Assembly (NCBI RefSeq): GCF_009914755.1
Contig: NC_060926.1
Source of the DNA: the human T2T-CHM13v2.0 reference genome, Homo sapiens
Direction: 5' to 3' (one strand)
Length of the DNA stretch: 64,000 nucleotides
In this document: in pieces, positions 1 through 17,100 of the stretch
How the letters are laid out: every line of letters begins with the position of its first letter
Numbering within the stretch: the first letter of the stretch is position 1
The notes under the pieces: generated by a model
What the model saw: the letters and a program-made list of their open reading frames with translations, nothing else
The model's database searches: none
Told to the model about the DNA's origin: nothing
Made by a program: the position numbers and the translations under genes

Positions 1-1340
1 TACCATTACCTTTAACTGTTTCGTGTGGTTCTTTTTCTATTTTCCTTTAGAGGCATCCTAAGGATTCTGGTGCCTTCTCCTGGGTATTTGCCTTTCTTAG
101 TTTATGCCCTCGTTTTTATGGAGCCCATTCTCAATTAGCTTCCACAAAATGTATACATAAAAAGTAAAGATTGTGGGAACTTGCATATCCTTATGTAATA
201 CTGGCTTAGTAATTTTTCCAAATATAGAAATTTAGGTTGAAATTATTTTCCCTCAGAAGTTTAAAGGCGTTTTTGTATCATTTTTTAGCTTCATGGGTTG
301 CTGTGGAAAATTCTGATACTTAAGTTTTCTATGTGAACTGTTTTTCAGTTTTAGTTTTTAAAATATCTTTTCTCTTTAATCCTGGTTCTGTGATAAGCTG
401 TGATGTGCAATTTGTTTTGGTCATCAAGGGCATTCAGTGGCCCCTTTGATCTGGAAATGCAAGTCTTTTGGTCCTTAAACTTTTTTTTTTCCTTTGGAAA
501 TGTTCCACTCTCTGTTTTTTCCAGGAATTGTGTTAGACGATTGTTAATTAGACCTCTTCGATTGCTTCCTCAATTTTCTTTTTTCAAATTGGCCTATTTT
601 CTTTGCCTTTTTATTCTACCTTCTTGGAGATTTACTTGATTTATCTTCCAATTCTTCTATTAAATGTTTTATTTTACTTATCATGTTGCTAATTTCAAGT
701 TTTTTTCATTGAAAATTTTTTTCTGGTTCTCAATCATAAGAGTCTTTTCTGGATATCTCAATTATTTTTTGTTTGTTTGTCTTTAGTCTCCCTAGTTCCC
801 TACACTAGCTTTGTCTCCTCTAAGCCCTCTGTTCTGTGTGGTTTTTTTTGGTCCCTGATATTCAGTGGGGAGGCTTCGCCAGACCTCTGCTAATTTCTGC
901 TGTCTGCTCCTATGGAAGAGTGAAGAATCATTGATTTGATTGGAACTCTGTGGGTATGGGCAGAGCTTGTAGGCTTCACTATAGGTGATTGGACAGTGAC
1001 CTAAGTGTTTTGATCTAGATACGATACCCCCCAACTGTCAAAATTGGTTTCTTTCCTCTGTAGCCGCTCACTTCCTCTAGAAAAGAAGTGTCCTGCTCCA
1101 GGAATTAAACGTGGCTGCTGATATTCTAGTAGCCAAGTGGGGGAGGAGGGGAAGGTAGAGTCCTTGTTATTTAGTATATAAACTTTCACTTATTTTCCCA
1201 GTTTTCAGCCTGGCTCCTTATCATGCCTCCATTCTACAGGTGCCCTAAGTTTAGTGGCTTTCTGCTTCAGAGAATAAATCACCCTGTGTCCTATGGATAT
1301 TTGAGGGCATACTTGCCAGGTGTGTAGGCATGGAGAAGAC
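1..1340 (-). mobile_element. Degraded old L1 (L1M-type) remnant
   Basis: Strong T-skew and L1-antisense-like phrases; no long ORF. Confidence 0.45.
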
Positions 1341-1362
1341 AGACTTTGAGACGCAACTATTT

Positions 1363-1668
1363 CTTTTTTTTTTTTTTTTTTTTTTTTGAGACGGAGTCTC
1401 GCTCTTTCGCCCAGGCCGGACTGCAGTGGCACAATCTCGGCTCACTGCAAGCTCTGCCTCCCGGGTTCATGCCATTCTCCTGCCTCAGCCTCCTGAGTAG
1501 CTGGGACTACAGGCGCCCGCCACCACGCCCGGCTAATTTTTTGTATTTTTAGTAGAGACGGGGTTTCACCGTGTTGGCCAGGATGGTCTCGATCTCCTGA
1601 CCTCGTGACCCACCCGCCTCGGCCTCCCAAAATGCTGGGATTACAGGCGTGACCCACTGCGCCCGGCA
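1363..1668 (-). mobile_element. AluY-type SINE, full length
   Basis: Long T-run, CpG-rich; TSD GAGAC(G/A)CAACTATTT at 1348 and 1669. Confidence 0.95.
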
Positions 1669-2369
1669 GAGACACAACTATTTGTTAATCAGACTTCCAA
1701 TCATTCTTTCCAGTTTTAGTCCCCATTTTACTACCTGGGCCCACAGCTTCTGAGCTGCTCTGTGATTCTTTGGGAGAATATTGGCTTGCTGAGTTAATTA
1801 TACCTTCTTCATCTCTTTTTCAGCTTTCAAATATGTGTTGAAATCTCTCTTCTACTGTTGACTCCTCTTTGCCTTGTGAGTTTATATCTTTTTAAATTCT
1901 TTATTGCCATCATAGAGGGGTTTTGGGAGGAGGCAGACATACAGACATGTTGTGTTGGCCATATTTATCCACAAATTCTACAACAGGTTTGAAAGTGTGC
2001 GACTGATTTCATAGGCAGCTTTAGTTGTGTGATGTTTTCTAAGCTGAAATTCATTTTAACTTCATGATTACTGTTTCTGGAATCAGCAGAGAAAAAGAGG
2101 GTTATAGTATCCTTTCACACATATCTGAAATATAGAATTTAACCTCCCCTCATTCAACTACAGGCAACAGTTTGGTGTATATTATTCTAATTGTTATTAT
2201 TCTTTCTAGATATAGAAGGTTTATTGTTTTAATTTCTAAAATGGATCTATATACTTTTTACAATCTGATTTTTCCCCCATTGGATTTTTTTATATCAATA
2301 CACATGACCTAATTCTTTCCAGTGACGAGGTAGTAAGTATTCCATTGGAAAATGTATCAAAATTTGTAT

Positions 2370-2460
2370 TATTATTATTATTTGAGACAGAGTCTCACTC
2401 TGTTGCCCAGGCTGAAGTGCAGTGGCATGATCTTGACTCACTGCAACCTCCATCTCCCAG
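2370..2460 (-). mobile_element. Alu 3' fragment with (ATT)n tail
   Basis: gagacagagtctcactctgttgcccaggctg...ctgcaacctcc. Confidence 0.85.
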
Positions 2461-2689
2461 ATTATATCATAATTATTGACCAAGCATTGCATTTATTTCT
2501 ATTTGTCACTATTATGCTGCAATGAATATAACATCACCTACAGATTAAATTCCTGGAAATAAAATATTTGGTCAGAGAGCATATTATTTTCAATTTTAAT
2601 AGATATAGTTAAGTTATTCTCTCCCAAAAAAGACTGTAGTAATGATCTTGACTTGTTTCCCAAATTATTTTATACACGTACACTCGTGT

Positions 2690-2717
2690 ACACACACACA
2701 CACACACACACACACAC
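2690..2717. repeat. (CA)n microsatellite
   Basis: About 14 uninterrupted CA units. Confidence 0.95.
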
Positions 2718-3010
2718 TTTTTAAATGTGTTGACAGATTAGCTCTGTTCAGACTGTCAGTAACTTGCCTCTGGACTTTAAAATGGTGGCTGCATTCTGAG
2801 CTCAGCAGTGTTTCCTACCTTGTGCATCTCAAATGCCACCAAGCTGATCTCTAGCTGGCCATGTTAACTTTCTGCCCCACAGGTTTATGCTGGAGAACAT
2901 TGTTCAAGTTGTGTCTGCTTCACTTCCCCAGGAGTCCAGAGCACCACCCACCCTACCTTCCCTGCCTTCTTCTTCTTTGCTATTTTACTTTAGGTGCTCA
3001 TGAAATTTCC

Positions 3011-3550
<540 letters not shown>

Positions 3551-3792
3551 ATATTTTCAACTTAAGAAATGAATTTCTAGGCTTCAGTAACCTAAAAGGG
3601 CTCACTTATTTAAAACTCACTGATATCTCAGTGAAAATCTTAGTTGAAAAGGTGAAAATGTGCTATAAGTCTTGGTCTCATTTGAGTGCTTTTCATAGAG
3701 CATTTGAAAACCAAACACTTGAAAACCCAGATGAGAATACATCTGTGTGTGCTTTGTGGTTCTTCATTCTTCTCTCCTTTTTTCTTTTGTAG

Positions 3793-3944
3793 CCCCATCA
3801 GTAGCACCTTTAAATGTCACTGTGTTTCTGAATGAATCTAGTGATAATGTGGACATCAGATGGATGAAGCCTCCGACTAAGCAGCAGGATGGAGAACTGG
3901 TGGGCTACCGGATATCCCACGTGTGGCAGAGTGCAGGGATTTCC
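3793..3944 (+). CDS. MERTK: MERTK exon 8 (152 bp): start of FN3 domain 2, (A)[23 protein letters not shown]...SAGIS; upstream exons are outside the window
   Basis: Acceptor ttttgtag|, donor TCC|gtaagt; translation matches MERTK ectodomain; ORF 3747..4013. Confidence 0.97.
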
Positions 3945-4880
3945 GTAAGTCTAAACCCTAGAAGAGCACGATTAGTCATCTCCTTTCAACTTGCTGGTTT
4001 ACTTCAGTTTTAGAAGCTTTCATTTGGTTTTGAAAAGACCTGGTGTGATTGAGTTAGGCAAGGCACCTTTCAGGGGAACATAAAGAATATAGTAAATATT
4101 AGAGGTGACTGAACAGTTACAAAATTCTAAGGTATCTTTTGGGACTTTCCTCACTTACTCATTCATTCATTCATTCTTTTACTTATTCATGAGATAGACA
4201 TAGAATTCATCCTCTGTTATCACCTGACTTTTGCCCTCATGGAATTTAGGCTCTTATAGGATGACAGTGTGGAATACCCAAGTTGTAGCATTAGGTCAGG
4301 GAGCTACAGGGCTTAGCAGTCCAGCAATTCATGGCCTTTTGGAAATTTCATGGGACTTTGCAAAAGAAGAAGATAAGGGAATAACCTCATCCTCATAGAG
4401 AATGGCAAGAAGTAAGCAGACACCAAAGGAGGAGACCGAGCAAGCTCTCTGGCCAGCCTGGCACAGCTGCGGGCAAGCCGAAATTAGACATCAGAATTAC
4501 TGGATCAGGACATGCAGTCTGACACTACATAACACAACCAGGTGCATCAGCCAGGTGGCACAGGTTCCCTGCTCCACCAAGTCCCATTGGGCAATGTGAT
4601 GTACCCACTTGGTGGATTGTGCACCTGAGGGTACTAGGGTCAAGGGCTCAGCACCCTGTGTAGTGAACAGCAAACAAGCTGATCCTCTGTGCAGTTGCAC
4701 GGTCGTCATGCTGTGGCCACCTTGACCTACTTCACTGCCCACGTGACTAGCCCCAGCATGGCTCGGGGTTGGGGATGGTTAGGCCTTGCAGTTTGTCACA
4801 CTCAGCAAGGATGAACAAAGATGCTTGGAGCCTGTGGCAGACTGCCTCTCCCAGAAAAGGTGGTACTTGAATTGGGCTTG

Positions 4881-5362
4881 TGTGTTAGTCAAGATTCTTT
4901 AGAGAAACAGCTAATTGAACATGTATGTATAGAAGGAGATTTATGATAAGAAATTGACTCATGCAATTACAGAGGCTGAGAAGTCTCACGATCTGCCATC
5001 TGGAAGCTGGAGACCCAGGAGCCAGTGGTGTAATTTAGTCAGAGTCTGAAGGCCTGAGAAACAGGGGCAGTGGTGTAGATCTCAGTCCAAGGATAGGAGA
5101 GTACTGATGTCTCAGCTCAAGCATTCAGGCAGAAGAAAAGGGGAGAATTCCTCCTTTCTTTACCTTTTGTTCTTGTCAGGCCCTCCATGGATTGAATGAG
5201 GCCCAGCCACACTGAAGAGGGCAGTCTGCATTATGAGTCCCCTGTTTCAAATAATAATCTCACTGGAAACACCTTCACAGACACACCCAGAAATCATGTT
5301 GAGCCACATAGCTGGGCACCTCTGTCACCCAGTCAAGTTGACACATAATATTAACCATCGCA
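4881..5362 (-). mobile_element. MLT2-type (ERVL) solo LTR
   Basis: tgtgttagtcaagattctttagagaaacag...cagtcaagttgacacataatattaaccatcgca resembles the reverse complement of MLT2. Confidence 0.75.
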
Positions 5363-6466
5363 GCTTAGAGTAATTTTGACAGATGAAATTTGAGGAGTCT
5401 CAGATGGGAAAAGATAACATGAGAGAAGGCACAACGTGGCAGCTTTAAATTCTGACTCACTTGAAGGTCTGGAACATAACGCTTTTGTGAGAGCGAGGTG
5501 TGAGATGAAGCTGGATTGAGGAGTTCTGACCCTAAAATGCAGGGCCCTGAAAGTGAAGCCAAGGCAGGTAGAAATTTGTTGATAGCAGGGGAGCCAATGA
5601 TAAGCATGAGCTCAGGAGCACAACTTGAGACTTACAGATCATGATGATGACCTAGATGATTCTTCTTTCATGAATAATTACATTGAGTTTGCTGATATAA
5701 GTAACCTTCTAACCTGCCTTCTTTCCACCAGAGCATATTTGCTGAGCACATTCCACTCTGGTCTTCCAAGACTGAGCAGGCAACTCAGCAGCAGGCTCCT
5801 GCCAGCTACAGAGGTTTTCTTGCTTCCTGAAAATGTATATCAGAATCATCCACAATGTTTATTTGGAATACCACTGTGTGCTTGGAACTGGGTAGGGGTA
5901 TCGTAGGGGAGCATCAATATGTCAGGTAATTCCTGCCTTATAATCAATCTAAAGCTGGCAAGATCCTTTAGATTTTTGCTAAAGCTGGCAAGTTCAGTGA
6001 AGACTCTCTAGTGTAAGTACTGGTTTCATTTCACAGTGGCAAACAAAAGGCAAAGGGAATCTATGTGTGAAATAGTGGCTTCCTCCCCAAGTACCAGCCA
6101 GTGCCCTTCCAATGACTTTGCTAGGCATGACTCCAGTCAAACCCAGAGGGACATTTGATTTTGATTTCTATGAAGTCTAAAGACCACTGCTATGATGTGA
6201 ACCCTGGACCCAATACAGCAGCAGGAAAGGCAGCTGGGTGATGATGCCTGGGTGTGATTAGGTGGGCAGCTTCTAGACAGGTTCCCTTCCCACCTGGGAA
6301 AGGAAGAGAGTGGGGTATTGCTGCCTCCTTTTGTGACACAGAACATCCGTGGAAGGGCAGATGCACTGGTTTCATTATCAAGTCTGTCTCTTCTTTACTG
6401 TGATCATGGAAAGCATGCTTCTTCTGTGTTGCCATATTCCTGATCAATCTAACCCTAGTGACAGAT

Positions 6467-6807
6467 TGTATTAGTCTGTTTTCACACTGCTAATAAAGAC
6501 ATACCTGAGACTAGGTAATTATAAAGAAAAATAGGTTTAATGGACTCACAGTTCCACATGGCTGGGGAGCCCTCACAATCATGGCAGGAGGCAGAGAAGG
6601 AGCAAAGGCACGTCTTACATGGTGACAGGCAAGAGAGTGTGCAGGGGAACTCCCCTTTATAAAACCATAGGATCTCACGAGACTCACTGTCAAGAGAACA
6701 GCACGGGAAAACCCCGCCCCCATGACTCAATTACCTCCCACCAGGACCCTCCCATGGCACTACAAGTCAAAATGAGGTTTGGGTGGGGACACAGCCAAAC
6801 CATATAA
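6467..6807 (-). mobile_element. THE1-type MaLR solo LTR
   Basis: tgtattagtctgttttcacactgct...gggtggggacacagccaaaccatat; 5-bp TSD CAGAT/TAGAT. Confidence 0.9.
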
Positions 6808-8940
6808 TAGATCCAAATTTTAGCTTCTTCATGGTATCTATATGGAGCATCAGATATAGATGCTGCATATAGAGATGAACAGGGTGAATGGGTGAGCAGA
6901 TGCATCCACTGATGATGCTCAAGCTTTGTTGTAATCATTTTTAGCCACATATCATCCAGCATTTATCAAAACTGCCATTTTCTGAAAGGACACTTAAAAT
7001 TTATTTTAATTTCCCTGCCTCAGTTTACCTATCAGGAAGCAGACTGTTGGAAGCAGTAGGTGATGGAAGTAGAGAAAAAGAAGGCTTAGAAGTCCGTGTT
7101 GTTCTGCCTCATAGTAAATGATCATGGTATTAATTCATTTTAAGTAGCAATCCTGCTTAAAAGTCACAGCTGCGAGAGAAGCAGCCTTTCCTTTTGTCTT
7201 TTGCCCCAAGGCATTTGTGCGAGGTGCCTCTGGATTAACTGCATTTCTCCATTGGCTGAGTTGCAGGAATCAAATGCCTCTTTGAGAGAAGGGCTTTTGT
7301 TCACAATGCTGAATGCTTGGTATAGCTATACTAAGCATAAAGGTTCAGTAGGAATTTTATCTTTCTCTATTTGGCAGAAAATAGTGATTACCAGCAGACA
7401 CTTAGGCTGTCTAAAAACAAGCCAGTTTGTTTAAAGAGCTGCAGGTCATCCTTTCTCCTTCTACTTCTGGCTTGGGTGAAAGCTGCTTTTCTGAAGGGGG
7501 CCTCTTGAGCCGAGGCGTTCTGAAGGGCAGCAATGATGAAAACCTTATGAATGACTGTGGCTGGAGAGCCTTGTGCACTAAATGCCATTAGCACTCAGCT
7601 AGGCTGTGCATTCTCATTGCCCTTTGTTCAGAACGGTCCCCTCTGCAGGGAGAACAGAACTGCCACAGTTAAGGCTGTGACCTTTCCAGTCACTTACCTC
7701 CTTAGGGATGCCAGATCATCCCAGTGAGATCATTTATTATGCTTTACACTATATTTTATGCATCATGACAGTCTTGTGACCACAAAGACACAGTGGCTCA
7801 CTTTACTTTGGAAAACATTCTCTGATGCAGCTAAGTTTCAAGCTTATGATCCAAAACTAGGGACAAATAAGAACATGGAAGAAAGGTGGACCCTGGGAGT
7901 CCCCTGAAACCCACACCCAAAAGGAAGTTTAAGATGATCTTGGCATCTGTCACTTTGATTTCCTTCAATTTCCTTCATCTCAGAAGGGCAAAGCTTAGAC
8001 AAAACCTTGTCTCAAAATTATCCGTTCATTTTCATTTTTAGATAACTGATACTAAAGCTACTTCCTTATGCAGGACAGAGCAGTTGGATATTTTTGAAAG
8101 ATATTTCTCATTATAACTGTAATTAAGGGTGGGGTTTTTCATGTGCATGCAGTTTCAGAACTTTCTTGGCAGTCGTTTTTCCTTGGCTTATCGCAGCTAC
8201 ACAGAAGACAGGTTTGTAGCTTTGCATTCCCGCAACAGTCATGTCACTTTCAGACTAAGAATCCTTTGATCTTTACTGAATGGATATTTATTATATCTCA
8301 AACGATGATACCTACCTTTTTTGTTCTATTTTTCTTGCGATTCCTTGCCTTCCAAATCAGAGTTTAAAATCCAAAGATAAGGAACAAATACAATGTGTTC
8401 TCTTTGAAGTTGGAGGCAGGTCTTGCTCGTCTTTGTACTGTCTGAACACAGGGCCTTGACCTTGCTTTGTAGGCATTTGTGGCACTATGGATTTGATGTG
8501 TGGGCCCAGCTACACCATCTAAACCAGCTGGAGAATTTCTCTCCATGAATGGGACAGTCTTTTATTAAGTGTGGACTAGTATTTCCCAACCCACCCTCAT
8601 TCCCGTAAAGTGTCAGTGGATCTTCTGTGAAAAAAGAGTTCAGTGAGCAAATAGAATTACAAAATATTGCATATTATACCACCTTGAAGGCCCACCATGT
8701 ATACTGGCAAGTTCAAGCCTCTTTGAAGTTCAACAGAAAATAACTCTGTTTAACTTTGACCCAGAATCGTCTAAATGTTAGGCAGAGACACATTTTTATA
8801 CGTGCGGTTTTTATGGAGTTCGTTGCTTTGGGTTTATTGCTCTAATGCTAGTTTACTCTTCGTTTTCAAAGGTATAGATCTTGGAAGTCTCATAGCAGAG
8901 ATTATTATAGCCTTGAGACAGCATGATATATAGAACTAAC

Positions 8941-9034
8941 TTTTTTTTTTTTTTTTTTGAGACAGAGTCTCACTCTGTCATTCAGGCTGGAATGCAGTGG
9001 CACGATCTCGGCTCACTGCAACATCTGCCTCCCA
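8941..9034 (-). mobile_element. 5'-truncated Alu (3' end only)
   Basis: T-run followed by gagacagagtctcactctgtc...ctgcctccc. Confidence 0.85.
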
Positions 9035-9614
9035 GAGAACCAAGTTCTTTGGAGACTCAGGGAAGCTGCAGTGTACTTGGCCCAAGACCTCGGCCTCCTA
9101 ACAAGCTCCCCTAATGAGCAGAGCTATGTGCCTGGATGTTGGCATGTGCCCACCGCCTCTTCCTGTCTCCTTTTCTCCCTCTTTCTCACTGTCAAAGGAG
9201 AGCAGAGCATTTGAACTGGTGTTGTCTTAAAGTATGAGGAATAGGCAAGGTTCTCATGGCCAGCCAGGGATCTGAACCTCTTCTGAAACCCAGGGATTGA
9301 TCAAATAGGGTACATTTTGCCTGGAGGAGAAACTTAACATGGAGGTAAACTCCATGAGTAGGTCAAATAAGCTTCTTGGTTTGGGGAACTAGACAGCCTT
9401 GATGATTTTCTCTAATGCACTAAGACTTGAAAGATACCACAAGCTCAATTCTGTAAGAAGGTTTTGTATTTATTTACAGGGAAAGAAGACCCAACTGTAG
9501 CACCACCTTGAACATGATATAAGAATAATCATAGCCACCACTGATTACTTGCAGCATGCCAGATCGTGTACTATGTGTTTTACATAAAGGAACTCATTTA
9601 ACCCTTAACTGTGA

Positions 9615-9934
<320 letters not shown>

Positions 9935-10299
9935 TCAGTTGAGGAAACTAAAGCTCAGAGATGCTGGGTAACTGCCGCAGAGTCATAAAGGTTGGGCTAA
10001 AAACCTCACTCCGACTGACTCCAAAACCAGGGCTTTTCAGAACCCCCCTACTCGTTCCCAGGCGCCCCTGGCTTTCTTCATAATACAGTCTCATTCAAAT
10101 TCCACAGTGTGGCCTCTCCGTAGAAAGAAGGAAGAACAGGACGTGTTTTGCAGAGTTAGATGTGAGAGTTTTGTGTTGATGCCTGTGAATTTGAAACCCC
10201 TTTGAACGAGTCACCTTTGTTGTTGTCATGAGACAGAAACTTTTATCTCATTGAGGTTATAGAACAGGCCAGAGTCTTAAATACAGTTACGAGTTATAG

Positions 10300-10605
<306 letters not shown>

Positions 10606-11562
10606 GGGTTGTGAATTCTTATAAAGTAGTTGGGGATATTTAAGTCCTTTGATCATTGAAAACAAGTACCACCGCAGTTGCCCTGCCTAACTCTAATGCC
10701 ACACATAGGATAAAAAACAAATTGACTTTCCAAAGATGTGTTATTACTTTTCTGACTGTCAAGATACACTGTGTCTTATCTTACATGTAAGTAAAGTTGC
10801 AATCAAGTGCCATATTATAAATCTGATTTTATTACCAGGAAATGCTTTCAGATGTTTAAGTCCTTGAGGCTATGAACCTGGTGTTGGTGAAAAATGAAAA
10901 CTCACTCAATGAAAAATATGCAGTTGGCCCGTGGCATACACCCCATGACCAGACCACCTCATGTCAGAGAAATGTCCCCAACTTATGTGATCTGTACCCT
11001 GACAGCACCAGAGATAATACACATGGGGTAGCGCCTGTGTGCATCTGATTTTAGTGGATTTCTCTGACAACTTGAAAAATCAGACTTAAATACTTGGGGA
11101 TATGAATTGGGGCACACCGTTCTTTACATACTTGGCACCAAAACAGTATGGATAAATTACATCCATTTTAAAAAAACATGAATCATTTTAAAACTATATT
11201 TAAGTTTACCATTTAAGGATATCCTTAGAGAAAATTGTTAAACCTCTTTTAAAATATATGTCATATATCTTTCTAATCACTATGGCAACATTTATTATAA
11301 TTCCACCCCTAAAATGTGATAACCCTTGACCATCTCCAAAATGTGTGACTGATAAACACTGGCCAGCATCTTTGTCATATTTTGATATTCAGAATGATGG
11401 CAACGGCTATGATGCTGGCCATCATCGAACGGTGGGTGCATTTGCTCTGGGCCAGGCACTGTTACACATTTGTTAACTCACTTAGGAGAATAAGAAGTGG
11501 AAATTCAAAAAGTAACCTTTCTGGGGTTTCCTACTGAGTCATAGGCCCTAAGTGAGTAGACA

Positions 11563-11782
11563 CAGGTTAAGTATCCCTTATCCAAAGTGTCTGGGGACCA
11601 GAAGTGTTTCAGATTGTGGATTCTTTCTGATTTTGGAATATTTGCATTATATTTACCAGTTGGGCATCCTAAATCTCAACTTATTTACTTAGCATTTCCT
11701 TTGTGTCATGTCAGTGCTCAAAAAGTTTTGGATTTTGGAACATTTCAGATTTCAGATTTTGGGATATGGGATGCTCAAACTG
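11563..11782. mobile_element. Tigger4a/MER46-like MITE (TcMar-Tigger)
   Basis: Imperfect TIRs caggttaagtatccc...gggatgctcaaactg; internal ggatttt repeats. Confidence 0.75.
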
Positions 11783-12184
11783 TATTATAGCCTACTTGAA
11801 TGTTTATTTCCAAAAGAATAATTTGTTTTTGTTAGGGTTTCTATTCTTCTATTCATTTAATTCTTTCCCAATCGTGTAATTCCTCTTATTTTGAGATGAT
11901 TCTCTCATAAGTGAGGTATCATATTTGAGCCTGCAGCCAGAAGCAGGCCAGTGTTCCGCATCAGGCCGTGAGGCTTGTCCTTTGGAGGAGCTGTCTACCG
12001 TGAAGCAGATGTGTTAGTTATGTCTCAGCAATGGCCTGAGTCACCAAACGGCTCCATGACCGTGGGGGTTTGGTCCATGGAGTTACTCTACCTGATGATT
12101 TTCTGCCTCGCTCCCAAATTAAACACAGAATGACCAACTAACTCATAATCAAAACTAGTTTGCAGTAAATACAATGCTCTATTT

Positions 12185-12477
12185 ATGTTTTTTTGTTGCT
12201 TGTTTTGAAACGGAGTCTCAGGCTGGAGTGTGGTGGCGTGATCTTGGCTCACTGCATCCTCCGTGTCCTGGGTTAACGCTTTTCTCCTGTCTCAGCCACC
12301 CGAGTAGCTGGGATTACAGGTGCATGCCACTACACCCTGCTAATTTTTGTACTTTTAGTAGAGATGGAGTTTTGCCATGTTGGCCTGGCTGGCCTCGAAC
12401 TCCTGACCTCAGGTTATCTGCCCACCTCAGCCTCCCAAAGTGCTGGGATTACAGGTGTGAGCCACCTCGCCCAGCCC
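12185..12477 (-). mobile_element. AluS-type SINE
   Basis: Alu consensus, reverse orientation. Confidence 0.92.
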
Positions 12478-12656
12478 AATGCTGTATTTCTGAAAAAGGT
12501 ATCACCAGAATATTAAAAAAAAAGGTTAATTATTAATTTGTTCACTTAATTAACAAAAAAAAGTCTATGGCAAATCTCATAGACTCGGAGTCCAGTGGGG
12601 TAGAAAAACCAACATTCTTAACGGTCATATTTTCCCTTTCATCCCTTGTCTGGGGG

Positions 12657-14129
<1,473 letters not shown>

Positions 14130-14347
14130 GGGGGCATTTCTGGGCCATGATGTCCACTGCCTGTTTAAATTTAGAAACAGTCTCTGGATGGCCAACCCAG
14201 GTGCCCCCTTGGTCATGAATGATGGACTGCTCTCTCCTTAAGGGTTGAGATGGTTCTATCCTTCACCATTGCTAGGAAAGTGACTGGCTTGAGAGTGAGT
14301 GACCAGGAAATAAAGTTACCAATAGCACTGCCTTTGCTGTTCATTGA

Positions 14348-14394
14348 TGACCTGTGACATCTGTGACCTGTGACATCTGTGACCTGCATGACCT
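14348..14394. repeat. Short 16-bp tandem repeat (TGACCTGTGACATCTG) containing four TGACCT hexamers
   Basis: TGACCT at 14348, 14364, 14380, 14389. Confidence 0.9.
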
Positions 14395-14953
14395 GAGATC
14401 TCTTTCTGTCTCTGCAATCAAATTTCCAAAATTCAGAGATAAAGACATGTTCCTAGAACTTCATTTCAGCTTTCACAACCCCTATAATTTCCATTTGAAA
14501 AGCCAGCCCAAACACAAAATTAGTTTCCTACGCCAGAGAACATTATGATTACAGAGGTTTGGAAAAGGGGAGGAAGGTGTTGTATAAACCCTTAGTTCTG
14601 GTTATTTTTTCCCCTTTATTTGAATGACAGTGACTTTAAAATAACATACAAATAAAAGTAAAACCAGAGTTTTGAAAATTGAGCAAGTTGTACATTTGTC
14701 ACACTGAAAGAAAAAAAAAAGTGTCAGTGCCCTCTTCCAGGTAGATTTTAGTCAAAATTCTAATAATTTCAAGGAACAGGAGCCCACTCGTGCTGGTTCA
14801 AGGGCAGGTGGCAGGTGGACAATGTCAAGGGATAGTGTGACTGGCGTATTGTGCTGTGGGTGGTTCTGAGGATCGAGGGCTTGAGGAGTCAGGCTTGCTC
14901 TGCCGTCCGGGTGCATCTGCTACGTGCTCCCTCTCTTCCAGAAGCTTCTTTAG

Positions 14954-15373
<420 letters not shown>

Positions 15374-15465
15374 TAAGGGCTGATAGGATGTGATGGTCCA
15401 GGCAGTGCACAGATTGCCAGAAAGTAACCTGGGGGATGGATGGCTGATTAAAGAATGAAAAATAA

Positions 15466-15760
<295 letters not shown>

Positions 15761-16619
15761 AATAAGAATCAAAAATAATTTTTCCAATGATAAAGATATG
15801 ATATGATAACATGCTTTACAGAACTGCTGATACCCATAGGTCCCTCCTATAGTTACTATTAATGGTAATAACTTACTTGGAAGATTAGTCTTTTCAGATG
15901 CCAACTTTGGCTTTACTTATTGAACTTAGTTGCAATGATGTATACTGTACATGACTGAATTTTAGACAGGCAATATAGCTAACCCTTAGCTGTCTACAAT
16001 TGGGACAGTTTATTTGCTGTTGCTTGTTTTGCTGTGTTTGAAATAGTACTGCTTTGCCATGTTTTTACCCATTCAAGCCTTGGGTAACATGCTTTGTGCT
16101 TTGGTCTGCACGGAACATGAAATATTTCCTATGGAAGCCATCCTCAGACTGCCCTGGGCCCACGGAGCTAAATGCCCAGCCATGCGTGTTGGCTTTTGCA
16201 TGTTGCTGGAATGTCCTTTGGCACGGTGCCACTGTGGTACCCCAAGTGAACCAAGTGCTGTGCTCACTCCATAACCCAATGGAGCCACCTTTGTTTGACT
16301 CTCACCTGCCCTAGGTTGTTTAATGTTAAACGGCTGTCATAAAGTCCATGCATAGGCATCTAGATCAGTGTGCTTATACATTAAGTTTTTGCCAAACATG
16401 ACCTTTGTACCCAATAGCAGACAGAACTTGTGAGCAAATGATTGAGTTCCCACCTGTCTGTTCCCAGTGACACTGAAACTTGCTCTCCCTTTTGGTGCTG
16501 AAATGGAACCATATTACGTTCTTGCAGCACATAGGCACAGTTTCTGGGAAACATTAGTAACTGGTGATGGGGAGGCAAGATGTGTCTACCTGGTAGAAAT
16601 TCAATGACCCTGAGATTCT

Positions 16620-17090
16620 GGCTGGACGCAGTGACTCACGCCTGTAATTCCAACACTTTGGGAGGCCAAGGCAGGCAGATCACTTGAACTCAGGAGTTCA
16701 AGACCAGCCTAGCCAACATGGTGAAACCCCATCTCTATCTAAAATAACGACAACAACAAAAATTAGCAGGGTGTGGTGGCATGCGCCTGTGGTCCCAGCT
16801 ACTTGGGAGGATAGCTTGAGCCCAGGAGGTGGAGGTTGCAGTGAGCCAAGATCACACCATTGTACTCCTGGCTGGGTGACAGAGTGAGACCCCCATCTCC
16901 AAAACAAAACAAAACAAAACAAGAACAAAGACAATGAGATTCTGATTCTAAAGGGACAGCTTAAAAAAATTGGAGTTTAGGCTGGGCGCAGTGGCTCATG
17001 CCTATAATCCCGGCACTTTCGGAGGCCGAGGCAGTTGGATCACTTGAGGTCAGGAGTCCCAGACCAACCTGGCCAACGTGGGGAAGCCAT
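16620..17090 (+). mobile_element. Alu (16620-16930, (CAAAA)n tail) plus Alu left-arm fragment (16980-17090)
   Basis: Alu consensus motifs. Confidence 0.88.
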
Positions 17091-17100
17091 GTTTGCTATG

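Noticed and set aside
8941-9214. Possible exonised antisense Alu (T-run + AG + ORFs 8923..9114, 8957..9214)
   Set aside because: No convincing downstream splice donor found by eye and no other support.
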